Shown: positions 1-12,010 of the stretch, in pieces | How positions within the stretch are numbered: the stretch's first letter is position 1 | Layout: every line of letters begins with the position of its first letter | Origin: Octopus vulgaris | Lineage: Eukaryota | Direction of reading: 5' to 3' | NCBI GenBank assembly: GCA_951406725.2 | Contig: OX597831.1 | Span: forward strand, 61,442,001 to 61,506,000 | Length of the DNA: 64,000 nt | Position numbers and translations under genes: made by a program | Notes under the pieces: model-generated | Database searches by the model: none | The model's input: the letters and a program-made list of their open reading frames with translations, nothing else | Told to the model about the DNA's origin: nothing

Positions 1-238
1 CAATGGTTAATTCAATGACTATATATATCATAATAGAAACATTGGCAGAGATCAATGCCGAAAGAAAATTCTTCATGGAGAAAATTTAAAATAAGACTAT
101 TTTAATTTGCAATTTTAGTTATTTTCTGACAAATGTGTGAAAATTGATGAATATTTCAGTCTACAAATGTTATAATAAAAATAAGAACACTTAGAATTAT
201 TATTATACTTATTATGATTATTATTATTATTATTATTA

Positions 239-272
<34 letters not shown>

Positions 273-285
273 CATCATTATTAAG

Positions 286-490
286 AAGGCAGCAAATTTG
301 CAGAATCATTAGCACACTGGACAAAATGCTCAGCGGTATTTCATCTGTCTTTACGTTCTGAGTTCAAATTCTGTCGAGGTCAACTTTGCCTATCATACTA
401 TCATTAGTATCAGTTGAACACTGGGGTCAAATGTAATTGACATACTCTCTCCACCAAAACTTACTGGCCTTTTACCAAAATTTGAAACTA
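286..490 (+). mobile_element. SINE family B, diverged copy (further diverged copies to ~1850)
   Basis: Matches the recurrent unit ggcagaa..ttagcac...aaatgc...ttacgttctgagttcaaatt...gaggtc(g/a)actttgcc seen more than 12 times in the window. Confidence 0.75.
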
Positions 491-495
491 TGATT

Positions 496-536
<41 letters not shown>

Positions 537-681
537 CCTATCATTAGGGCAGTGGGCAAGTTGAGCCATTACTACACTAGATAAAATGCATTTTTTAGCA
601 GCATTTCTTCTGGTGTATTACATTCTGAGCTCAAATTCTGCAGTAGTTGATTTTGCCTTTCATACTTACATGGTTGATATA

Positions 682-1191
682 TTGGGTTGTCCGGAAAGTT
701 CGTGCCGTTTTTTAAAGGAAAGGAAAAGGTCAATAAATACTTACCATTACATTTTTAATCAACAAAATATTAACCATTTCGTTGCACAGTGCGTCTCCAT
801 CTTTCCTTTAACTTGAAAATACCCTCTTCCCAGAATTGAGGTGGTTTTACGTCATCCAAGGAATGGAAACTTTTACCATAAAGACAATTCTGCAAAGACT
901 TGAATAAGTGGAAATCCGAAGGAGCAATATCTGGTGAATATGGAGGGTGGGGTAGCACATCCCAGCCGAGCTGCAGCAATTTTTGTCTGGTTCCCAAAGC
1001 ATCAAGTGCCGAAAATGGACTTTCTTCTCTTCCATTTTAAAGGGTTACAAAATTAACACAGGTTATAGGAACATAAATCTTCTTCCCCGAAAAGATAGCT
1101 TAAACCGTGCTCTAAATGGACTCAACCATGTTCTAAAATAAGTCGAAGTGTAAGCTACTATAAATCGGCATGAACTTTCCGGACAACCCAA
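682..1191 (-). mobile_element. Internally deleted mariner (Tc1/mariner) element with transposase remnant
   Basis: TIRs TTGGGTTGTCCGGAAAGTTCGTGCCG / CGGCATGAACTTTCCGGACAACCCAA flanked by TA on both sides. The minus strand encodes the N-terminus MEEKKVHFRHLML joined to the C-terminal region WDVLPHPPYSPDIAPSDFHLF...KLKERW (mariner YSPDLAP motif). Inserted inside a SINE. Confidence 0.93.
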
Positions 1192-1906
1192 TAATAAAAA
1201 TAGTCAAGCAATGGAGGTAATATAATTGACAAGCCCCCGCCCACAAAATTTCAGACTTTGTGCCTATAATAGACAGCCTTGACTATAATTAAAGGCAACA
1301 AGCTGACAAAACCAATTAGCTCATAAGATGAATTAGTGGCATTCCTTTTAGATGTATACACTCTGAGTTCAGACTCCACCAAAGCCAACTTTCTTTTTTA
1401 TTCTTTCATGCTTGATAAAATAAATATCAGTTGAACACTGGAGTCAGAGTAATCGATTACCCAACTAATATAGTCCTTGTGCCTATACTAGAAAGAATTG
1501 TTATGATTATTGCTAGTGCAGTGATCTGGTATGATTGCTGCCACACTGGACAAAATGCTTAGCAGCATTTTCCCATTCCTTTACATTCTGAGTTCAAATG
1601 CTGTTGATGTGATTGATTTCCCTCTTCCTTCACAATTGCTGACTTTGAACCAAAGTTAGAAAGAATAATAATTATTGTTCTTGTTGTCGTTGTTAATATT
1701 ATTATCACAAAGTAGGGTTGGAAGCTGTCAGAATGCTTAGCGGCATATTTATCTGTCCTTTTGAAGTCAATAAAATAATTACTAGTTGTGCAATAGGATC
1801 AATGTAATCAACTGACCCCTTCCCCAAAATTGCTGACCTTGTACCAAAATTTGAGATTAAGTATGGATGCTTTCTTGAAGCTTTGTGAAAACAAGGTTCC
1901 TCAAAT

Positions 1907-2121
1907 TCTCTTTTATTCTCTTTTACTCATTTCAGTCATTTGACTGCAGCCATGCTGGAGCACTGCCCTTGGTCGAGCAAATCACTTATTCTTTGTAAGC
2001 CCAGTACTTATTCTATTGGTCTCCTTTGCCGAACCGCTAAGTAACAGGGACACAAACACACCAGCATCGGTTGTCAAGCAATGCTAGGGGGACAAACACA
2101 GACACACAAACACATACACGC

Positions 2122-2185
<64 letters not shown>

Positions 2186-2346
2186 CAGGCTTCTTTCAAT
2201 TTCCATCTACCAAATCCACTCACAAGGTTTTGGTCGTCCCGTGGCTATAGCAGAAGACACTTGCCCAAGATGCCACACAGTGGGACTGAACCTGGGACCA
2301 TGTGGCTGGTTAGCAAGCTACTTACCACACAGCTACTCCTGCGCCT
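1907..2346 (-). mobile_element. SINE family A (tRNA-like head, accttgggcaagtg core, internal microsatellite, AAAAGAGT-type tail)
   Basis: Reverse complement of the unit at 6785-7197; many copies in the window. Confidence 0.9.
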
Positions 2347-2349
2347 ATC

Positions 2350-2620
2350 TAAAGAATCTTTTATAGAATTCTTGCAGAATACAGTATGACACTTTTCTCA
2401 ACGTTGACAATATCCTTCAACTTCTTAAGCAGCAGTTTGGGTTCTGTACCAAATACACCAATTACCACAAGAACAAATGCCACTTTTCTTTTATATTCCA
2501 CAATCTCTTCAGCCCTCTGGCTAGGTCTTAATATTACTTAATTCTTTGGTACCCACTCCAATATCATATGGTACTATTATTAGTGTTTTTAATTGTTATG
2601 AAGAAGAACTTTAAAAAAGT
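2350..2620 (-). pseudogene. Remnant of an R4/Dong-like non-LTR retrotransposon endonuclease C-terminus
   Basis: Minus strand reads, across frameshifts, DLARGLKRLWNIK..VAFVLVVIGVFGTEPKLL...KSVILYSARIL. This resembles the KY.DL...RLW...VVIGALG...K.VLLGTARIL signature. Confidence 0.6.
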
Positions 2621-2682
2621 CTCTGATTAGTAGTTATTAATGAACTTGTGTGGAGTTTATTTTCAGTAGAAAACTTGTGTAA

Positions 2683-3058
2683 TAGGTGCAGGAGTGGCTG
2701 TGTGGTAAGTAGCTTGCTTACCAACCACATGGTTCCGGGTTCATTCCCATTGCGTGTCACCTTGGGCAAGTGTCTTCTACTATAGCCTCGGGCTGACCAA
2801 AGCCTTGTGAGTGGACTTGGTAGACAGAAACTGAAAGAAGCCCGTTGTATATATGTATATATATGTTTGTGTTTCTGTGTTTGTCCCCCCCACCATTGCT
2901 TGACAACAGATGGTGGTGTGTTTATGTCCCCGTAACTTAGCAGTTCAGCAAAAAGAGACAGATAGAATAAGTACCAGGCTTACAAAGAATAAGTCCTGGG
3001 GTCGATTTGAATGGCTGTAGTCAAATGACTGAAACAAGTAAAAGAGTAAAAAAGAGTA
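2683..3058 (+). mobile_element. SINE family A
   Basis: Head ggtgcaggagtggctgtgtggtaag with GGTTC B-box-like segment; tail gactgaaacaagtaaaagagt. Confidence 0.9.
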
Positions 3059-3348
3059 ATAGCTGATGCATAAATATATTTTGCGCTTCCTCTTAGAAAC
3101 AGGCACTTTAGAAAAACAACAACAAAACGAAACCAATTAAAATAGAAGTCATTAAACTACACAATTAGGCAATAATCGGGATATAGTAATTAAAGAGCAG
3201 ATAACTGTTTAGAAATTAATTTTACCATCTGATCAATAATCTGAATGGTTTTCAAATAGCTGTATTATGACCTCCACATTTACTGCTAGAATTATTATTA
3301 TCATTATTATTATTTTTATCATTCTTCTTCTTCTTCTTCTTCTTCTTC

Positions 3349-3404
<56 letters not shown>

Positions 3405-3763
3405 TTTATTATTTATTTATTTATTTATTTGTTTACTTCTTTGCTTGTTTATTATTAGTTTTAATCACTTATTTATATATTATATACAATATTGTAGATA
3501 ATAAGATAATAGAATAAGCTGCTTAGACATTTAGAAATTAGAATTATCAATTAGTATGTGATCAGGCATATCTATTTCTTACTGCTGTATACGCAAATAT
3601 ATCAACCTCAGTTCTCGACTGATAATTATTTTATCAACATTGGAAAAATGCAAAGCAAAGCTGACCTTAGTAGATTTCGAACACAAAATTAAGAAATTCC
3701 ATAAGTAAATTTGACATTATCAAAAATTCTAAAGAGTCTAGAAGTTCATTTTCATCATTTACT

Positions 3764-4120
3764 ATCATCATCATCATCATCATCATCGTTTAATGTCCGC
3801 TTTCCATGCTAGCATGGGTTGGACGGTTCGACTGGGATCTGGGAAGCCAGAAGGCTGCACCAGGCTCCAGTCTTATCTGGCAATGTTTCTACAGCTGGAT
3901 GCCCTTCCTAATGCCAACCACTCCGTGAGTGTAGTGGGTGCTTTTTACGTGCCACCTGCTCAGGTGCCAGGCGAGGCTGGCAATGGCCACGGTCAGATTG
4001 GTGCATTTTACGTGCCACCGGCACGGAAGCCAGTTGAGGCGGCACTGGCATCGGCTACAATTCAGATGGTGCTTTTTACGTGCCACCGGCACGGAAGCCA
4101 GTCAAGGCGGTGCTGCCAAC
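3764..4120 (-). mobile_element. SINE-like family C with (GAT)n tail and internally repeated gtgccggtggcacgtaaaaagcac module
   Basis: Homologous copies at 12030-12287(+), 13022-13310(-), 26845-27070(-), 35580-35790(-), 39150-39392(+), 48905-49125(+), 49560-49922(+) and 61405-61618(-). Confidence 0.85.
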
Positions 4121-4324
4121 TGGTATATGTACTATGGAAATATTATCATAGATTGGTACCTAGTTTGATTTTCTTATAATTGTCATATCTGTTCAAATTG
4201 CTGCACCTGTACTAATTAGTGGTTGTGAATATGATACCAATTGTCAAAATATATCTAATATATATATTTATATGTACATGATTTTATTTAATATGATATC
4301 AAAGAGAAATTTTGAAAAATTTTA

Positions 4325-4710
4325 TGCCAGAACTGGGCGCCACTGTGTGGTCCCAAGGACTCCAAATTTGCCATCAAGATGTAGGACAAGATACTGTGAT
4401 AGCCTGGGCTTCAGAGGCCCACACCTCTTCAATATCCTCCCGAAGAACCTGAGAGATCTGCATGGGGTGGATGCGGATGTCTTTAAAGTAGGACTGGATC
4501 TCTTCCTGTCAGGTGTCCTGGATGAACCAACTCCATGGCAGGAGGTGCAGATGAGGGCAGCTGCATCGAACTCTCTCATGCACCAAATGGCAGTTGCTAA
4601 AAAGCATTCGTGAAGTAAAATCATGTAGCAACACCAAACGGCGGTGCCCCAGCATGGCCACAGCTCGTGAGCTGAAACTAGATAAAATAAAATAAAATAA
4701 ATAAATAAAT
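4325..4710 (+). mobile_element. 3' end of a CR1/L2-group LINE (ORF2 C-terminus, short 3' UTR, (ATAAA)n tail)
   Basis: Translation SLGFRGPHLFNILPKNLRDLHGVDADVFKVGLDLFLSGVLDEP fits the RG..LFN.LP..LR...FK..LD.FL pattern of CR1/L2-group ORF2 ends. Stop at 4613 followed by a simple-repeat tail. Confidence 0.8.
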
Positions 4711-5204
4711 AGAGCAAAGCTATATGTTTACATTGATCATTCTCTTATAAAGATAAATAATTAAATCCAGAAATTAATCCTGCTCCCGTAAGCATACCTT
4801 GAATGTTGAGAAGGCAACAGCGTTCTCCATGTAAACATGGAAAATGAACATTAAACTTGAAATGCGTTCTCATAAATTTTTATTTTGGCTCTGAACTACT
4901 TTGGCTGATTTATAACTGTCATAACATATGAAATGCCTTCTGTGTTGGCTGCAAGAGAAATGAACATCTCTGTGTGGAGTAGAAATAAGCAGTAAATGAC
5001 ATTCGATTAAATGAATTTGACAATGTAGGTTGCCGAGATTATTTTCCTTTGCAACTCACATAACATTCAAAATGGCTGTCCATGGCATCTTGCCATCCTC
5101 TTGGTTAAGATCAGCATGATGTAATAAATAAAATGCTGAACTTTAGACAGGTGAAGAAAGATCAATCCCAGCTGTCATCTAAGGCATTACATTATTCTCA
5201 ATAT

Positions 5205-5694
5205 TCAAATACACATACATGCATATATATATACATACATATATATACATATATACGCATTCATATATACACATGCATATATATAAGCAATATATAAGTA
5301 CATATACACACACACATATATATATATACATTCATATATACACATACATATAAGCAATATATAAGTACATATACACACACACACACATATATATATATAC
5401 ATTTATATATACATACACACACACATATATATACATATATACATACACACACACATATATATACATATATACATACATATACACATATAAATACATATAT
5501 AATACTTATATATACATATATATATATATACACACACACATATATATACACATATATACATACATATATATATATATACACATATATAAATACATATATA
5601 TATACATATACACATATATATACATACATATACATACATACACACATATATATATACATACATATATATATATATACATATACATACACATACA

Positions 5695-5732
<38 letters not shown>

Positions 5733-5810
5733 CATACACACACATACATACACGTGCACATACACACATCTATATATGTATATATATATCTATTTATATA
5801 TATATATAAA
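5205..5810. repeat. Compound (TA)n/(CA)n microsatellite
   Basis: Direct inspection; source of spurious YI/VC-rich ORFs. Confidence 0.97.
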
Positions 5811-5963
5811 TGACAACTATGGCCATCACTCACAATCAGGCATGACATGGTCACTAGGATCATGCTTTTACTAATTGTTTTACATGTCCATTTCTCCACA
5901 AGCAGACACAGACATCCTCTAGGCTCTTCCATTTTAATTGAGTAGAATATTCAGAAAATGAAA

Positions 5964-6005
<42 letters not shown>

Positions 6006-6784
6006 CAGAGACAGACAGAGAAACAGGGAGAGAGAGTACATCTGCATTAGGCTGGAACCTATGTTTTCTGCACTGAAGGGACAAAGGGCAAAGTTGGTCT
6101 CATGTATGATTTAAACTCAGATCATAGAGTGGGGGAAGAAATATTGTAAACCATTTTATCGCATGCTCTGATGATTCAGAAAATTGACAATGACAAGCAT
6201 GGGTGTGTGTTTGTGTGTGTGTGTATGCATATATGTATGTATAAACATATAAAGAACAGTCTTTCTCTTATATATCTTTTCAAAAAATGACTATGTTCTA
6301 TCCTAACTTTTCTGAGAATCAGATTTCACAGTTCATTTCGAACAACACAGATCTCAAGTTCATTTTTCTCAACACTGCCAAGCTTTCACAATTTCATCTT
6401 CATGACGTGGAGTGATTTTGGTGCCTTCTGTGTTGTCCTTTCTGCAACAGGCAACCTGTGTTTCTAAAGACTATCCTCGTCAGAAATACATATTCACGTA
6501 CACAGGATATATACAAACACACCCTTATATCTCTCAATCTTTATCTTCTGCTTCTTTCAGTCATTGGACGGCAGCTATGCATGCTGTTGCAGCACATTGA
6601 CAGTTTTAATGGAATAAATCAGCCACACTGCTTTATTTTTGCAAGACTATTGCTCATTCTATTAGTCTTTTCTTGCTGAACTGGTAACTTATAGGAATGT
6701 AAACAAAAAAGCACCAGTTGTTGAGAAGTGATGGGGGACAAATAAAACACAAACACATACACACGAACATATATATATATATAT

Positions 6785-7197
6785 AGGCATAGGAATGGCT
6801 GTGTGATAAGTAGCTTGCTTACCAACCACATGGTTCCAGGTTCAGTCCCACTATGTGGCACCTTGGGCAAGTGTCTTCTACTATAGCCTGGGGCCGACTA
6901 AAGCCTTGTGAGTGGATTTGGTTGAAGGAAACTGAAAGAAGCCCGTTATAAATATGCATATATATATATATGTATGTATGTGTGTGTATATGTTTGCTTG
7001 TCTGTGTTTGTCCCCCCAGCATCACTTGACAACCGATGCTGGTGTGTTTACATCCCCGTAACTTAGCGGTTCAGCAAAAGAGGCTCAATAGAATAAGTAC
7101 TAGGCTTACAAAGAATAAGTCCTGGGGTCGATCTGCTCGACTAAAGGTGGTGCTCCAGCATGGCCACAGTCAAATGACTGAAACAAGTAAAAGAGTA
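6785..7197 (+). mobile_element. SINE family A, full length
   Basis: Complete head-core-microsatellite-tail unit ending cagtcaaatgactgaaacaagtaaaagagt. Confidence 0.92.
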
Positions 7198-7532
7198 TAT
7201 ATATAAATACATTTCAAGATACTTAATTTGCAGTGTCTACAGGTTTGCAGTGGAAAACGTGTAGCTATTGACATGGTAAGATGTGATTAGCTGTGTAATA
7301 AAAACCTGGATATGTAAATCTTTGTTCTCCTAATTTTTATTGATTTATTATTTCTGCTGTAATGACACTATGCAGTCTCTAAGGAGATATGGATTTACCA
7401 AATATAGTAAAGTTAATTAACTGGAGTTCATCTACTTTCACTGAGGTTGGCCAGCAATGTTAACAGGTAAAAGCAGACATGGTACCTGCTAGATATGTAT
7501 ATTCCAACTAAATATATATATATATATAGCAA

Positions 7533-7770
7533 GACATTAAAATGTTAACTTATTTATATAAAAATGATAATTTTAATAACATACATACATATAGCATATT
7601 ATTCTATGCATATAAAATAAGAATACAAAATTGATTGTATTCTTATTTTATATGCATAGAATAATATGCTATATGTATGTTATAATAATCATTTTAATAA
7701 ATAAATATGTTAATATTTTAATGTCCTAAATTTGATGAACCAACTTTGTGCTTCTCCATTTTCTTATTTG
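7533..7770. repeat. Asymmetric foldback element next to (TA)n
   Basis: Arms ~7533-7628 and 7635-7725 are imperfect reverse complements; the right arm has a ~45-bp extension. Confidence 0.8.
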
Positions 7771-7976
7771 CTATATAAATTAATGGTAAAATATCTCTTT
7801 ACCTTCACCCATTTAATACACTAGGTAAGTTAATTGCAATGCAATAAAAAACACTTGTGTATTAATAATTGGGTATTATACAAACAGTATATTGGATAGA
7901 TATTATCCCTTAGTGGGTTGGACCCACAACCTCTAACTTTCTTGGAGTTATATATATATATATAGTTATATATATT

Positions 7977-8557
7977 TGTTGAAATAGAAAGATGAATTTT
8001 CTTGTTACAGATTATTCAAAAGTTTAACCGATACCTGGGTAGCAAAAAATCACAGCAGAAAAAAGCACGGTTGGAGATAAGACCATTTGGTGTTGCAACC
8101 GTGCGTTGGTGCGGATAATTGAAGTTTAATATTATTAGTGAATGGAAGAAATGGAGTTGAACGAAGATTGTACAGAATTCCTTTTATTACATTCTACACA
8201 TGTTTCAAAGGCCACAAATTTCCAAACTCCGATTAAATAAGGGTACCATATTGTGGCTTTCTCTTCAGGAAAAAACAGGAATTCCGTTGACAGAACAAAA
8301 CAAAACAGAGGTGCAGCAACGCAATTCAAACGAGGATGCTCCTTAAGAGCCCATGGCTGAATTGCGTTGCTGCTCCTCTGTTTTGTTTTGTTCTGTCAAC
8401 GGAATTCCTGTTTTTTCCTGAAGAGAAAGCCACAATATGGTACCCTTATTTAATCAGAATTTGGAAATTTGTGGCCTTTGAAACATGTGTAGAATGTAAT
8501 AAAAGGAATTCTGTACAATCTTCGTTCAACTCCATTTCTTCCATTCACTAATAATAT
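7977..8557. mobile_element. Foldback element, probable Penelope-like pseudo-LTR inverted pair, between (TA)n tracts
   Basis: 200-bp arms at 8129-8328 and 8358-8557 with about 3 mismatches, a 29-bp spacer, a ~150-bp unpaired extension on the left, and (TA)n on both sides. Confidence 0.8.
8401..8511 (+). ncRNA. Putative minimal type-I hammerhead ribozyme (mirror copy on - strand at 8175-8285)
   Basis: CTGAAGA at 8418-8424; stem II gaaagccacaa/ttgtggccttt; GAAAC-atgt-GTA at 8480-8491; stem I ttc/gaa plus distal gaattcct/aggaattc. Confidence 0.65.
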
Positions 8558-8849
8558 AGTTATATATATATATATATATGCATACACAAATACACACCCA
8601 CCCACACAATGGGCTGCTTTCAGGTTCTGACTACCAAACTCACTCACAAAGCTTTAGTTGACTTGGAGCTACTGTAGAAAACACTTGCCCAAGGTGTCAC
8701 GGAGTGACACTGAACCCAAGACCATATGATTGGAAAGCAAGCTTTTTTGCCATAGAGTTATACCCATGCATAAAATGTAAGTCATTTAAGTTCCAACAAG
8801 ACTTGAACTCACATCACAGAATTCAGAATCTAAAGCATTCACGACTGAA

Positions 8850-9410
8850 GAGAAGACTTTACCCACAAGATCCTAACAGAGTGATACCATGGAAATTGTT
8901 ACATACACATTTTGACCTTCTGCCTTCATAAACACACATCAAGGCACCATCAATTAAGTCCAACAGAAACAGTATTTCTTCCCAGAAAGCAACTATTATC
9001 TCGTGTGTTTCAGGTGTGACAGTGTTACCTCCTGCTTTCAAGAGTTCTAAGTGTCTTCCATCTAAACCAGGAGTTCTCAACTGTTTTTTTTTTTATCTAT
9101 GGACCCTTTGGGACCCCCAAAGCCATAGAAACTTCTTTCAAAATTCCTATTTTATTTTTCACACATTAACTTATGTAGACAGAACTAAGCAAAATGTTAG
9201 AGAAAAAAATCTAGCTGTTTCCTGCAATACATACCAATACATACATCTAAAGCAAAATGTTTTTAGGGGTCCCTTAAAATACTATAGTGGATCCCCAATT
9301 TACTATTTTGTTGCATGCATCCCCGCCACACACACACACAAAAAAATCTTATATGGACCCCGGTTGAGAACTACTAATCTAGACTCCACTGATTTATTGC
9401 TAAGAGAATC
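8850..9410 (-). pseudogene. RTE-clade LINE ORF remnant (region upstream of the RT core), interrupted by a hAT MITE
   Basis: GLDG..LELLKAGG...IIVAFWEE...VYEGRRSKCVCNNFHGITLL matches the RTE KA.G.DG..E..K.GG...YKGKG...C.NYRGI.LL pattern. Confidence 0.8.
9068..9376. mobile_element. hAT (Charlie-like) MITE
   Basis: TIRs CAGGAGTTCTCAAC / GTTGAGAACTACTA; 8-bp TSD ATCTAAAC / ATCTAGAC (NTCTAGAN-type target); subterminal ggaccc motifs. Confidence 0.85.
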
Positions 9411-9444
9411 TCCTCATATTCTCATATGTTAATATGTTATTCAT

Positions 9445-9657
9445 GTGGCGATGAGCTGGCAGAAACGTTAGCACGCTAGACGAAATGCGTAGCCGTATTT
9501 CGTCTGCCGTTACGTTCTGAGTTCAAATTCCATCAAGGTCAACTTTGCTTTTCATCCTTTAGAGGTCGATAAATTAAGCACCAGTTACGCACTGGGGTCC
9601 CTTTGTCCGTCCTTGTTTGTCCCCTCTATGTTTAGCCCTTTGTGGGCAATAAAGAAA
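9445..9657 (+). mobile_element. SINE family B
   Basis: Unit ggcga(t)gagctggcagaaacgttagcacg...ttttcatcctttagaggtcgataaattaag...gtgggcaataaagaaa. Other copies at 15865-16080(-), 19970-20300(+), 23090-23300(-), 41185-41325(-), 49250-49430(-) and 55605-55830(-). Confidence 0.88.
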
Positions 9658-10126
9658 CATATGTTATTCATGTGTGTCAACATGTCCCTTTGAGAGAAAC
9701 CCCAGAAGTGCTGAAAACCAGATCCAAAAGTATTCTCTCTATCATTGTATCATGCCAGCTTCTTCTTTAACCATTTACTATTCAGATTAGTGTGTGAAAT
9801 GCATCACATATTTGTTTTGAAGTAATCATGCATTATCTCATTCACGGTGTGTTGGCTTATTTTTAGAATGATATTGTAAGGTAGGTTTGTGAGACAAAGT
9901 GTGGTGCTTTGGACATAAAATAGAATATTTGGGCTGGGTATGGCTGGTTTAAACCCCAACATCCTATGATTTCATTTCACGTTGCTCCAGTCCACTCAGC
10001 TAGCAAAAATGTGTAACGCTGCGATGGACTGGTGTCCAGTCCAGCTGGGGAACACAAATGCCATTGAAACCGGGAAACTGGGCCTTAAGCCTGGCTAGGC
10101 TTTAAAAGGGCAAATTTATTTATGTA

Positions 10127-10410
10127 TGGAGGTGCAATGGCTCAGCGGTTAGGTCAACGGACTCGCGGTTGGAGGATCACAGTTTTGCTTCCCAGACCGG
10201 GTGTTGTGTTTAGTGAGTGACAACACCTAAAGCTAAAGTTGCGACCACTGTTGTACTCTTTCGCCCCAACTTTCTCTCACACTTTCTTCCTATTTCTTGA
10301 GTAACGCTGCAATGGACTGGCATCCCATCCAGTTGCGGGGGACACATACACCACAGAAACCAGGAAACCAGGCCCATGAGCCTGGCTAGGCTTGAAAAGG
10401 GCACATAAAT
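10127..10410 (+). mobile_element. SINE family D (tRNA-Arg-like head) with V-domain-like tail
   Basis: Head tggaggtgcaatggctcagcggttagg...ggactcgcgg (TCG at the anticodon-like position); tail ctgcaatggactggcatcccatccag. Confidence 0.8.
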
Positions 10411-10712
10411 AAAAATTAAATTAAAATATATGTACTGTTTGAAGGATTATTTAGGTAAATAATTCTTCGAACAGTTGGTCATCAGTGATGCCTTCTGGGT
10501 TTGGCTATTCTACATTGATAAGAGGCAACCACCTTGAAATTAGTCTGTGGATCTCAGACCAGCAAGGGGAAGCTGCTGACCTCCCCTGTTTGAAGGTTAT
10601 AATGGACTCAGGTTTGTGTGTCACATAGCTAGCTAGAAGCGATATCTTCTTGGAGCTAATCAACGGCAGCATTCATCTTATTTTTCTGGACTGCCATGTT
10701 AGCTTGGCAAAA

Positions 10713-10745
<33 letters not shown>

Positions 10746-10798
10746 TATAGATATAGATAATATATATATATAATTAATTACATATATATATATAATAT

Positions 10799-10832
<34 letters not shown>

Positions 10833-10894
10833 ACTAATTACAAATATATATAATATTATATATATATATAAATAATTATATATATATAATATGG

Positions 10895-10941
<47 letters not shown>

Positions 10942-10950
10942 TATATATAG
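10713..10950. repeat. Degenerate (TA)n tract
   Basis: Direct inspection. Confidence 0.95.
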
Positions 10951-11216
10951 TTGAAAAATATCATTATATTTATAAAAATATCATAAATAATTATAGAAAA
11001 ATTGAGGAGAAAAAGATGTTGAATGATCTATAATTGTTTATGTTATTTTTATACCTATAACGATATTTCTCAAGTACTATTTTCATATTCTTATTACTTG
11101 GTCTGGCTGTTTTTTATGAATATGATGAATCTTTATTAGAAATCATTCTTTCTCTCTTTCTGGACCTCTCAAAAAGTTTTGAATTGTTCTATTTTGAACT
11201 TATTTTTTCCCAAGTA
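10951..11216. repeat. Asymmetric foldback element between (TA)n tracts
   Basis: Arms 10951-10997 and 11027-11073 are imperfect reverse complements; extension runs to (TA)n at ~11217. Confidence 0.7.
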
Positions 11217-11234
11217 TTATATATATATATATAA

Positions 11235-11560
11235 ACAAAACAGAAAATAAAGATACAATCAATGCATAACAATTGGTTTACATCAATTATCATCTATGAA
11301 TTAGTTACAAAAAGACAGATTCTGTCTCTCTTTTTGTAATTAATTAATAAATGATAATTGATGTAAATCAATTGTCATCCATTGATTGTATCTCCATTTT
11401 CTGTTTTCCTTTGAATATTGATAAACTCTTGTTTATGATTGTCACTACCTATCACTTATGAGCATTACCACCAATGCTCATGATTGAATATAGGTAATAC
11501 ACCTGTGGAATCATAGGATACAAGCTATCCCTTAGATGGATAATCTCTAACTTACCCTCA

Positions 11561-11562
<2 letters not shown>
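11235..11562. repeat. Asymmetric foldback element between (TA)n tracts
   Basis: Arms ~11237-11320 and ~11325-11407; ~150-bp extension ending tatcccttag...ctctaactt just before (TA)n. Confidence 0.75.
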
Positions 11563-11616
<54 letters not shown>

Positions 11617-11642
11617 CGTGTGTGTGTGTGTGTGTGTATGTG

Positions 11643-11701
<59 letters not shown>

Positions 11702-11706
<5 letters not shown>

Positions 11707-12010
11707 CGGGATCACCGTGACTAACCAGACTATCAGATGTTGCTACACATCGCTGGTCACAATGCGCTTCACATTGTTTTAGCTTTCGAATGACGCCACC
11801 CCGCTGGCTAAGCGAGCAGGCCAACAGAAGGAGTGAGAGAAAGTTGTGGCGAAAGAGTACAGCATAGATCGCCACCACCCTCTGCCGGGGCCGCGTGGTG
11901 CTTTGTATGTTTTCGCTCAATAAACACTCACAATGCTCACTCTGGAAATCGAAACCGCGATCCTACAACCGCGAGTCCTCTGCCCTAACCACTGGGCCAT
12001 TGCGCCTCCA
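11702..12010 (-). mobile_element. SINE family D (tRNA-Arg-like head) with a different 3' tail
   Basis: Minus strand starts tggaggcgcaatggcccagtggttagggcagaggactcgcggttgtaggatcgcggtttcgatt, with recognisable A and B boxes. Confidence 0.85.

Noticed and set aside
8135-8551. Two near-identical ORFs on opposite strands as a gene pair or toxin-antitoxin system
   Set aside because: They are a by-product of the inverted repeat, and the DNA is eukaryotic.
11930-12010. tRNA-Arg gene (also at 10127 and 32481)
   Set aside because: The tRNA-like sequence runs straight into a repeat body without a proper acceptor stem or terminator, so it is a SINE head.
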